Notes under the pieces: generated by a model
Databases searched by the model: none
Told to the model about the DNA's origin: nothing
Seen by the model: only the letters and a program-made list of their open reading frames with translations
Program-made: the position numbers and the translations under genes
Shown here: piece after piece, positions 56,890 to 64,000 of the stretch
Layout: every line of letters starts with the position of its first letter
Position numbering within the stretch: the first letter of the stretch is position 1
Assembly (NCBI GenBank): GCA_963767035.1
Contig: CAVYBW010000001.1
Span: 2,502,547-2,566,546, forward strand
DNA length: 64,000 nt
Source of the DNA: an uncultured Chloroflexia bacterium
Lineage (GTDB): Bacteria > Chloroflexota > Chloroflexia > Chloroflexales > Herpetosiphonaceae
Direction: 5' to 3'

Positions 56890-58004
56890 GTGGACAGATC
56901 AATTGTAGCCGCCAATTGATTATGTAATGTTCGTAACAAGCGTTGGCCAAACTCATCACGATAGCGCTCGGTCACATCGCGAAACACCATAACCGCGCCA
57001 ATTACTTGCTGCTCGCGGTCATAAATTGGGGCGGCGCTATCCTCAATTGCCACATAGCCATTGCCGTGGCGCATCACCACCGAATTGCTCAAGGTAACAA
57101 TTTGTTCCTGCTCCAAAGCCGTATTGACGGGATGGGCAAGCGGTTGCTTGGTTATTGGATCAAAAATTGCTGCGACCGTGTTGATTGATTGGCCGACTGC
57201 TTGATCTTCAGGCCAGCCGGTAATTGTACTGGCTATATAATTCATAAAACTAATGGTGCCATCATTATCAGTGGTAAGCACAGCATCACCGATGCTCGCC
57301 AGCGTCACCGCAAACCATTCGCGCTGGTTGCGTAACTCATTAGTCGCTTGTTCACGACGACGCACATCACGTTCATTTAAGGCCATTGTGACAATCACAA
57401 AACTTGTCGCAATCAAAGTTGCAAAGGCTAAGGCCAAGCCTGCTCGCTGCACATTGAGCCTTGTCTGGGCAGCCCGATCAAGCGCGCGGCCATTCTCGCG
57501 CACCAGCAACTGACCGACAATCTGACGAATTGTATCCATATGCTGTTTGCCTTGATTTTCCAGCACGATAACTTGGGCGGCCTCAAAGCCTTGGCTACGC
57601 CGCAAATCGATGGTGGTAATCAACTCTTGTTGTTGCTGGGCAATCAGGTTTTTTAGCTCTGGTAGGCGGGAGTGGAAAATTGGGCGATTTCTACTGTGGG
57701 CTTCAATCTCAGTCAATAATCCGGGAAGTTCATTTTTGGCAATATGATACGGCTCTAAATACTGCTCGCTGCCAGTAATAATAAAGCCCCGTTGGCCGGT
57801 TTCGGCATCGGTAAGCAGCAGCAACAGCCGATTCAAGCGGTTGGTCATCGTTTCCGACTCAATCACATTGGCATTATTGGCTTGAATGGTTTGGAGATAT
57901 TGCCACGAAAGGAGGCCATTGACGATAATGACAAGTGCTGCTAGCATGAACCAACGATTTAATTTGTGCGACACTAATGTTTTCATCGTAGACCATCGCA
58001 ACAC
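56883..58004 (-). CDS. sensor protein N-terminal portion: TM, CHASE3, TM, PAS, start of GAF (probably the 5' part of one frameshifted sensor kinase gene)
   Basis: 'QYLQTIQANNANVIESETMTNRLNRLLLLLTDAETGQRGFIITGSEQYLEPY' is CHASE3. PAS 'AVLTTDNDGTISFMNYIASTITGW'. Ends '...LAATIDLSTC*'. Confidence 0.65.
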   Translation of the reverse strand: MLRWSTMKTLVSHKLNRWFMLAALVIIVNGLLSWQYLQTIQANNANVIESETMTNRLNRLLLLLTDAETGQRGFIITGSEQYLEPYHIAKNELPGLLTEIEAHSRNRPIFHSRLPELKNLIAQQQQELITTIDLRRSQGFEAAQVIVLENQGKQHMDTIRQIVGQLLVRENGRALDRAAQTRLNVQRAGLALAFATLIATSFVIVTMALNERDVRRREQATNELRNQREWFAVTLASIGDAVLTTDNDGTISFMNYIASTITGWPEDQAVGQSINTVAAIFDPITKQPLAHPVNTALEQEQIVTLSNSVVMRHGNGYVAIEDSAAPIYDREQQVIGAVMVFRDVTERYRDEFGQRLLRTLHNQLAATIDLSTC

Positions 58005-58247
58005 ATAACAACTCCACCTTCAATATGATATGCAAGCAGTTCATACCGAATCATCGCTTAGCAAGCTTGACGCACGGTAGGACTGTCGCCAGAAAGCATT
58101 GTTGCAGCCGATTGCAACCTATTGAGTGCTCGGTGTGATTGAATTGTAGCATATTCATGCCACATCTTTGCTACATAGCCGTTTCAACATCCACTGATAA
58201 CTGATCTGCGTAGCCTTGGCTATGGCAATCACAGGAAGGAGCATTGT

Positions 58248-58517
58248 ATGTTCAATGCCCAAGAACGAACCACTCTAGAACAACAAGCAGTTGGGATTTT
58301 TCGCCAACATGTTGAAGACCTATGGCATGGTTTTATTCCCCCGCAACGCTATGGCATTCTTGATGGCGATTCGTTGCAGCCTCCCCAATTTCCAGCGATT
58401 CGGCGTAGTTCATTCGAAATCGAAGCCCACCCTTTGGATACCCAATCGTTCTTTGTGGTGTATCAACGTCGTGATGACAAAGATGGTGGATGGTATCGAT
58501 TACAACGGCTGTTTTAA
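58248..58517 (+). CDS. hypothetical small protein (89 aa)
   Basis: Good RBS 'aggaaggag'; no recognisable family. Confidence 0.4.
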   Translation: MFNAQERTTLEQQAVGIFRQHVEDLWHGFIPPQRYGILDGDSLQPPQFPAIRRSSFEIEAHPLDTQSFFVVYQRRDDKDGGWYRLQRLF

Positions 58518-58698
58518 CTATCAAATTTTAGCTAATTTGGTTGTACGTTAAGCAAAAACGCGCCAAAATAGGCTCTTCGATCAGCACAGCTTGAATAAGC
58601 TGTGCAATTTGCTATGTTTGCTTGCCAATGGATTTTAACTGGAGTACAATTTTTCCTTGGATACAGCTTCCGTTAAACCTTCAAGGAGTTGAGTCGTT

Positions 58699-59772
58699 TT
58701 GAGTAAGAAAATTCGAGTAGCCATTATTGGCGTGGGCAACTGCGCCTCGTCACTCGTCCAAGGGATTGAGTTCTACAAAAATGCCAACGAGGGCGACCAT
58801 GTACCAGGCTTGATGCACGTTAATCTTGGTGGGTATCACGTCAGTGATATCGAATTCACCGCTGGCATTGATATTAATATTACCAAGGTCGGCAAGGATT
58901 TATCTGAAGCGATTTTCGCTGAACCCAACAACACCTACAAATTCTCTGAAGTCCCACACTTAAACGTACCAGTCTATCGCGGCATGACCCACGATGGTTT
59001 GGGTAAATATCTTTCGCAAGTGATTGAAAAAGCACCTGGCTCAACCGACGATATTGTTAAAATTCTGCGCGATACCAAAACCGATGTCGTGATCAGCTAT
59101 CTGCCAGTTGGCTCAGAAATGGCCACCAAGTGGTATGTTGAGCAAATTCTCGAAGCTGGCTGCGCCTTCATCAACTGTGTGCCAGTCTTTATTGCCAGCC
59201 AAGACTATTGGCGCAAGCGCTTCGAAGAAAAGAACTTGCCAATTATCGGCGACGATATCAAATCGCAAGTTGGCGCAACCATCGTTCACCGTGTGCTAAC
59301 CAACTTGTTCGAGCAACGTGGCGTGCGTTTGGATCGCACCTATCAATTGAACTTTGGTGGCAACACTGACTTCTACAATATGCTCGAACGCGAACGCTTG
59401 GAATCGAAAAAAATCTCCAAGACCAACGCTGTTACCAGCCAATTGCCCTATGCCTTGCCCGCCGATAGTGTTCACGTTGGCCCAAGCGACTATGTGCCAT
59501 GGTTGACCGACCGCAAGTGGTGCTATATTCGCATGGAAGGCACAACCTTTGGCAACGTGCCATTGAATGCCGAAGTCAAGCTCGAAGTCTGGGATTCGCC
59601 CAACTCGGCTGGCGTGGTAATCGATGCCATTCGCTGTGCCAAATTGGCGCTTGATCGTGGTGTCGGTGGTGCGTTGTATGCACCGTCATCATACTTTATG
59701 AAAACCCCACCTGAACAATACACCGATGACGAAGCTCACCGCCGCACCGAAGCCTTTATCGCTGGCGAATAG
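58699..59772 (+). CDS. ino1: myo-inositol-1-phosphate synthase (bacterial/archaeal short form)
   Basis: '[24 protein letters not shown]' Rossmann N-terminus; '[14 protein letters not shown]'; about 357 aa, typical of the prokaryotic MIPS family. TTG start after 'aaggag'. Confidence 0.8.
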   Translation: MSKKIRVAIIGVGNCASSLVQGIEFYKNANEGDHVPGLMHVNLGGYHVSDIEFTAGIDINITKVGKDLSEAIFAEPNNTYKFSEVPHLNVPVYRGMTHDGLGKYLSQVIEKAPGSTDDIVKILRDTKTDVVISYLPVGSEMATKWYVEQILEAGCAFINCVPVFIASQDYWRKRFEEKNLPIIGDDIKSQVGATIVHRVLTNLFEQRGVRLDRTYQLNFGGNTDFYNMLERERLESKKISKTNAVTSQLPYALPADSVHVGPSDYVPWLTDRKWCYIRMEGTTFGNVPLNAEVKLEVWDSPNSAGVVIDAIRCAKLALDRGVGGALYAPSSYFMKTPPEQYTDDEAHRRTEAFIAGE

Positions 59773-59778
59773 CTGAGG

Positions 59779-59933
59779 GAGAACAGAGAGCATAGAGCAT
59801 AGAACAAATTGAGAGTGCAGGGGTCAGGGGCTAGCTATCAGTACGGAGGGTTTGGCCTATTAAACTTCGCTACTGCGAAAGCTGGCTTCCTAGCTCCTAA
59901 TCCCTCTGTTCTATGCTCTCTGTTCTATGCTCT
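59779..59933. repeat. MITE-like element: inverted terminal blocks built from 'catagaac/agagag' units flanking a ~98-bp core
   Basis: Left 'gagaacagagagcatagagcatagaac'; right 'ctctgttctatgctctctgttctatgctct', a reverse-complement composition. It occupies the ino1/acyltransferase intergenic region. Confidence 0.5.
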
Positions 59934-59941
59934 AATTACGT

Positions 59942-60808
59942 ATGAACACACTAGCACTCTATCGTTTGGCCATCCGTTGGTTGCCGCGTTTCCCCAATTG
60001 GCTGGTGTATGCAGCCTGCGATCTCTTCGGCCTCTTGGCGTTGTTTAGTCCTAAATTACGCCGCAACACGCGCGCGAATTTGGCTCGGGTTAGCCCCAAA
60101 ACCCAAGGCTTGGCACGCTGGTATATGCAATGGCGGGTTGTGGCCAATGTTTTGCGCCATTATGCCGATCTCGTGCGCTTGCCAGCGTGGAGCCTTGAGC
60201 ACATGCGCGAACGCTTCGATTACTCTGGTTTAGCGCATTTGCAAACGCTCGCCGAAACTGGCGGGTTGTTGGTGGTTGCCCATACCGGCGCATTTAGCAC
60301 TGGGCTTTCGGTCTTAGCCGCCCATGGCTTGCCGGTAGTATTGGTGGTCGAAGCAATTGAGCCGCCTGAATTTCTAGAATTAATCAAAGAATTGCGCCAA
60401 GCCCATGGCGGCGAATTGATTGTGCTCGGGCCAAATGCAGGCCGCGAAGTGCTCAAAGCCCTGCGAGCCAAGAAAATCGTAGTTTTGGCTGGCGATCGTG
60501 ATTTAGCGTCGCAATCAGTCAACGTGCCATTCTTTGGTGAGTTGGCCGAGGTGCCGATTGGTCCAGCCCGCTTGGCGTTACGTGGTTGGCCCGTGGCACT
60601 TGGCAGCTGTGCGTGGTTTGGAGCCAATCAACCATTTTTTCGCGTCGATCCAATTCGCTATTTTCAGGCCTTGCCTGGCGAAAACGCCGATCAAGCAGCA
60701 GAGCGGGTTGCTAGCGAAATGCTCAGCTATCTGGAAGGCTGGATTCGCACATGGCCTGAAAGTTGGGGTGTGCTGCAACCAGTTTGGCCTGAGCGCACCA
60801 TTGATTAA
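59942..60808 (+). CDS. lysophospholipid/lipid acyltransferase of the LpxL/HtrB/PatA family (PF03279-like)
   Basis: 'LVVAHTGAFSTGLSVLA', 'VVLAGDRDLASQSVNVPFFGELAEVPIGPARLALRGWP' (conserved DQ/DR plus FFG region); about 290 aa. Confidence 0.65.
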   Translation: MNTLALYRLAIRWLPRFPNWLVYAACDLFGLLALFSPKLRRNTRANLARVSPKTQGLARWYMQWRVVANVLRHYADLVRLPAWSLEHMRERFDYSGLAHLQTLAETGGLLVVAHTGAFSTGLSVLAAHGLPVVLVVEAIEPPEFLELIKELRQAHGGELIVLGPNAGREVLKALRAKKIVVLAGDRDLASQSVNVPFFGELAEVPIGPARLALRGWPVALGSCAWFGANQPFFRVDPIRYFQALPGENADQAAERVASEMLSYLEGWIRTWPESWGVLQPVWPERTID

Positions 60809-60886
60809 ATTTCGTGCTACTATTGGGCCGAACCATGCAATTTGCTGATTCGCTGAACAACTAGCATACAAAGGAAGGCCAAGCAC

Positions 60887-61936
60887 ATGGCCACGATGCC
60901 AATGAGTGAAACCTATATTCAACCGAGCGAACCAACGCGCAGCCATCCATGGCGAGTGATTATTCAAATTCCCTGTTTGAATGAAGAGGAAACGCTGCCG
61001 GCAGTGTTGAATGATATTCCCTTGGATTTACCCAATGTGCATTTTGAAACCTTAGTGATTGACGATGGCTCGACTGATCGCACGGTTGAAGTTGCCCGCG
61101 AACTTGGGGTCAACTATATTGTGCGCCATCGTGGTCGCAAAGGCTTGCCAGCCGCCTTTCAATCGGGCATGGATGCGGCGCTGAAGCTCGGCGCTGATAT
61201 CATTGTCAACACCGATGGCGATCATCAATACCCTGGTTCGGCGATTCCAGATTTGATCAAGCCAATTTTAGAGGGCAAGGCCGATATTGTGATTGGCGAC
61301 CGCCAAACCCAAAATGTCGAGCATTTTTCGACCCAAAAGAAATTACTACAACGGGTTGGTAGTTGGGTTGTGCGCGTTGCCTCCGATACCGATGTGCCCG
61401 ATGCGCCCAGTGGTTTTCGCGCCTATTCCAAAGAAGCAGGCTTGCGTTTGTATGTTACCAGCGAATTTTCCTATACGATTGAAAATTTAATTCAGGCTGG
61501 CAAACGGCGGCTGCATGTTGATCATGTGGCGATTACCACCAAGCCAACCCGACCATCGCGCTTGCATCGCGGCAATTTTAATTTTGTTAAGCGCCAAGGT
61601 GCAACGATTATCCGCACCTATGCCCAATATGAACCGCTGAAAACCTTTACCTACTTTGCGCTGCCATTTTTGCTGATCGGCGGCGGCCTGCTGCTACGCT
61701 TTATGATCTACTATTTACTTGATCCCAATCAGACCTATACCCGCTATTTACAATCGGTTTTTATTGGCGGCGTGTTTATGATTGTCGGAATTTTAACCTT
61801 CTTCATTGGCATTTTGGCCGACTTGAGCGGCAACAATCGCCGAATCAACGAAGAAATTCTCTATCGTTTGCGCAACCTTGAAGTTGAGGTTGCCCGCCGC
61901 TCACCGCCCAATGATGGCGAAGAAATCCGCGATTAG
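60887..61936 (+). CDS. GT2 polyprenol-phosphate glycosyltransferase (DPM1/GtrB/ArnC-like) with two C-terminal TM helices
   Basis: 'IIQIPCLNEEETL', 'LVIDDGSTDRT', 'DGDHQY' (DXD), and C-terminal helices 'FALPFLLIGGGLLLRFMIYYLL' and 'FIGGVFMIVGILTFFIGILADL'. Confidence 0.8.
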   Translation: MATMPMSETYIQPSEPTRSHPWRVIIQIPCLNEEETLPAVLNDIPLDLPNVHFETLVIDDGSTDRTVEVARELGVNYIVRHRGRKGLPAAFQSGMDAALKLGADIIVNTDGDHQYPGSAIPDLIKPILEGKADIVIGDRQTQNVEHFSTQKKLLQRVGSWVVRVASDTDVPDAPSGFRAYSKEAGLRLYVTSEFSYTIENLIQAGKRRLHVDHVAITTKPTRPSRLHRGNFNFVKRQGATIIRTYAQYEPLKTFTYFALPFLLIGGGLLLRFMIYYLLDPNQTYTRYLQSVFIGGVFMIVGILTFFIGILADLSGNNRRINEEILYRLRNLEVEVARRSPPNDGEEIRD

Positions 61937-62150
61937 GGGTCAGGGATCAGGTGCTAGGGTTCAGTTTTTGATTCACGAAGGACACGAAGGCCGAAACCGC
62001 GAAGATCACGAAGATCGCGAAGGTTAAGTTTTTAGCCACAGATTCCACAGATTTCTGGATTAGCTACGAGCGATGTCCAACGTGTTGGCTGATCCCTGAC
62101 TGCTGACCTCTTTTCCTCCTTCATCCCTCATCCCTCATCCTTTATCCCTT
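61937..62150. repeat. intergenic short-repeat cluster ('gggatcagg', 'cacgaag' x4, 'catccctcatccctcatcc')
   Basis: Same motif family as 14160-14200, 27601-27690, 35100-35300 and 63940-64000. Confidence 0.6.
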
Positions 62151-62200
62151 TCAGCTTATAATAAGCCCATCGTCCCGCACTTTGTTTTGGGAGGCTTAGA

Positions 62201-62974
62201 ATGAATCAGTTTGATGATGTACGTGCCGTGTTATGCGATATGGATGGCGTATTGGTCCACGGCGCGCAAATTATTCCTGGCGCGCCAGAGTTTTTGGGTC
62301 GGCTCCGCGCTTCAGGCCGCAAATTTTTAGTCCTGACCAACAATTCAATTTATACTCCGCGCGATTTGCAGGCCCGTTTGGCGCGAATCGGCTTGCCCCT
62401 AGAAATTGAAGATATTTATACTTCGGCCTTGGCCACCGCCAAATTCCTCGATTCGCAACGGCCCAATGGCACAGCCTTTGTGATTGGTGAAGCCGGCCTG
62501 ACTAATGCGCTCTACGATGTTGGCTACACCATGACCGAGCATGATCCTGATTATGTGGTAATTGGCGAAACCACATCCTACAGCTTTGAACGCATCACCC
62601 AAGCTGTGCGCTTAGTGGCAGCTGGCTCACGCTTGATCGGCACCAATCCTGATGTTTCGGGGCCATCAGAGCGCGGCATTTTGCCAGCCTGTGGCGCAGT
62701 TGTGGCCTTAATTCAGGCTGCCACCAACGCCGAAGCTTATTTTGTGGGCAAGCCCAACCCCGTGATGATGCGAACTGCGCTGCGAACGATCGACTCGCAT
62801 GCCGCCGAAGCGATGATGATTGGCGACCGCATGGATACCGATATCATTGGCGGCACGGAGTCTGGGATGCGCACAGCGCTGGTGCTTTCGGGCATGATGA
62901 CCCGCTTGGATGCCGAACGCTATCCTTACCGTCCAACCGCAATTATTGAATCAGTCGCTGAATTGTTCAATTAA
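62201..62974 (+). CDS. HAD-superfamily subfamily IIA phosphatase (NagD-like sugar-phosphate phosphatase)
   Basis: 'VLCDMDGVLVHG' motif I; 'LVLTNNS' motif II; 'GKP...GDRMDTDI' motifs III/IV. Confidence 0.8.
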   Translation: MNQFDDVRAVLCDMDGVLVHGAQIIPGAPEFLGRLRASGRKFLVLTNNSIYTPRDLQARLARIGLPLEIEDIYTSALATAKFLDSQRPNGTAFVIGEAGLTNALYDVGYTMTEHDPDYVVIGETTSYSFERITQAVRLVAAGSRLIGTNPDVSGPSERGILPACGAVVALIQAATNAEAYFVGKPNPVMMRTALRTIDSHAAEAMMIGDRMDTDIIGGTESGMRTALVLSGMMTRLDAERYPYRPTAIIESVAELFN

Positions 62975-62979
62975 AAACC

Positions 62980-63011
62980 AAATGTCCGCTGATCAAAACC
63001 AGCGGACATTT
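62980..63011. terminator. bidirectional terminator hairpin between the HAD gene and panB
   Basis: 'aaatgtccgctg atcaaaac cagcggacattt', flanked by A and T runs. Confidence 0.65.
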
Positions 63012-63026
63012 GATTTAATGCGTGAT

Positions 63027-63893
63027 TTAGACTGCGAATTTGGCGTTTGCCCCGATACTGACCGATTGTTCTCCCAGCGCTTCGGCTAAGGTTTTGGCAT
63101 CGATCACGCTGCTGTTAGCGGCTGTTGGAAAGCTACGTTCGCGCACTTCTTGGGCATATTGATTGAGTGCTTGCTCAATCGTGCTGCCCAAATCGGCATA
63201 GCGCTTGGTGTGACGTGGTAGATGATCGCTATACAAGCCCAAAATATCGTGCCAAACTTGTACCTCGCCATCGCAACCAACCCCGGCCCCAATCCCAATC
63301 GTTGGAATATTCAAACGGGCAGTGATTGCTTTGGCCAACGCCGCTGGAATTAACTCCAAAACGATCGCAAACGCGCCAGCGGCCTCAAGCGCCAAGGCAT
63401 CTTCGAGCAATTGTCGTGCATGGACAACGGTTTTGCCCTGCACACGCATCCCAATTTGGTTAACTGATTGCGGCGTAAAGCCTAAATGGCCAATGACTGG
63501 AATGCCCAAATCGACGAGACGACGCACAGTCGAAGCCATATTGACTCCACCTTCGAGCTTGACCGCGCCACAACCACCAATTTGCATCAATTTGCCAGCA
63601 TTTTGAATCGCTTGCTCAGGGCTGGTATAGCTCAAAAATGGTAAATCGCCAACCACCAGCGCTTTGCTGCTGCCGCGCATCACGGCCTTGGTGTGATAGA
63701 CCATTTCATCGATAGTTACGGGCACGGTTGAGCTATTGCCCTGAATTACCATGCCCAACGAATCGCCGACCAAAATCAAGGGAATATCGGTGCGATCAAC
63801 CAGTTGGGCACTGGTGTAATCGTAAGCGGTAACCATCACCAAGCGTTCGCCACGCTCTTTCATCCGTTGAATATCGCTCAATTGGGTGCGCAT
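63027..63893 (-). CDS. panB: 3-methyl-2-oxobutanoate hydroxymethyltransferase (ketopantoate hydroxymethyltransferase)
   Basis: '[40 protein letters not shown]', 'GHLGFTPQS'. RBS 'aaggag' 6 nt before the ATG at 63893; the ORF-track start is too long. Confidence 0.85.
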   Translation of the reverse strand: MRTQLSDIQRMKERGERLVMVTAYDYTSAQLVDRTDIPLILVGDSLGMVIQGNSSTVPVTIDEMVYHTKAVMRGSSKALVVGDLPFLSYTSPEQAIQNAGKLMQIGGCGAVKLEGGVNMASTVRRLVDLGIPVIGHLGFTPQSVNQIGMRVQGKTVVHARQLLEDALALEAAGAFAIVLELIPAALAKAITARLNIPTIGIGAGVGCDGEVQVWHDILGLYSDHLPRHTKRYADLGSTIEQALNQYAQEVRERSFPTAANSSVIDAKTLAEALGEQSVSIGANAKFAV

Positions 63894-64000
63894 GCTTAGC
63901 TCCTTTGCTTGGCTGATAAAGAATTGTTTAACGTTCTGATCCACGAAGGGCACGAAAGGGTTCAGATATCAGTTGTCAGGGATCAGCCACTGAAACCACG

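Noticed and set aside
59809-60048. ORF 59809-60048 overlapping the MITE-like element and the acyltransferase start
   Set aside because: It spans repeat DNA and overlaps a well-supported CDS in another frame.

Overview
The window is a 64-kb chromosomal segment of roughly 50% GC. It is gene-dense and mostly housekeeping, with several accessory islands. Organism guess, from gene content and repeat style only: a Chloroflexota-like bacterium, possibly Herpetosiphon-like (low confidence).

Recognisable genes, with the strand given as (+) or (-): a GH8 glycoside hydrolase pair with a CBM2-bearing paralogue, murJ, rpsT, an EF-G paralogue, recG, an ArsR–LMW-PTP/ArsC fusion plus MFS permease, cysK, a TrkA/RCK channel protein, two paralogous lipoproteins, a gluzincin lipoprotein, sensor kinases, a SEC-C protein with a poly-Asp tail, a LuxR-HTH/Kelch transmembrane regulator, a metallophosphoesterase, a tandem-GerMN membrane protein, tex, a deoxyhypusine-synthase-like gene, a GH1 beta-glucosidase, an acyl-CoA ligase, an ABC-F ATPase translationally coupled to birA, ilvE, an EamA transporter, a MocR regulator, ino1, an HtrB/PatA-like acyltransferase, a GT2 polyprenol-phosphate glycosyltransferase, a HAD-IIA phosphatase and panB.

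Most notable:
- **Glycan-assembly operon with a candidate substrate (39955–51847).** A tightly start/stop-overlapped operon encodes a large multi-TM GT-C-like protein, three GT4 glycosyltransferases, a Wzx-type flippase and a polysaccharide pyruvyl transferase. Two methyltransferases, one of them a TylF-type sugar O-methyltransferase, lie on the opposite strand. Next to it is a 472-aa secreted, Thr/Ser/Gly-rich protein with four internal repeats, sequon-rich, with codon usage typical of highly expressed genes. I read this as a candidate surface (sheath or S-layer-like) glycoprotein together with its dedicated glycosylation machinery.
- **Low-GC cassette (10612–11636).** A ~37% GC gene for a 120-aa Cys-rich protein sits exactly between two ~300-bp direct repeats.
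- **Inositol-lipid-like module (58699–62974).** ino1, a PatA/HtrB-like acyltransferase, a GT2 polyprenol-phosphate sugar synthase and a HAD phosphatase lie together.
- **Repeat families.** A composite palindromic REP/MITE-like element occurs about six times, plus a 'cacgaag'/'catagaac'/'gggatgagg' short-repeat family with MITE-like structures.
- **Four single-nucleotide frameshifts** split otherwise intact genes (GerMN protein, GH1, acyl-CoA ligase, multidomain sensor kinase). That many in 64 kb suggests indel errors in the assembly at least as much as genuine pseudogenes.

No rRNA, tRNA or CRISPR array was recognised by eye.
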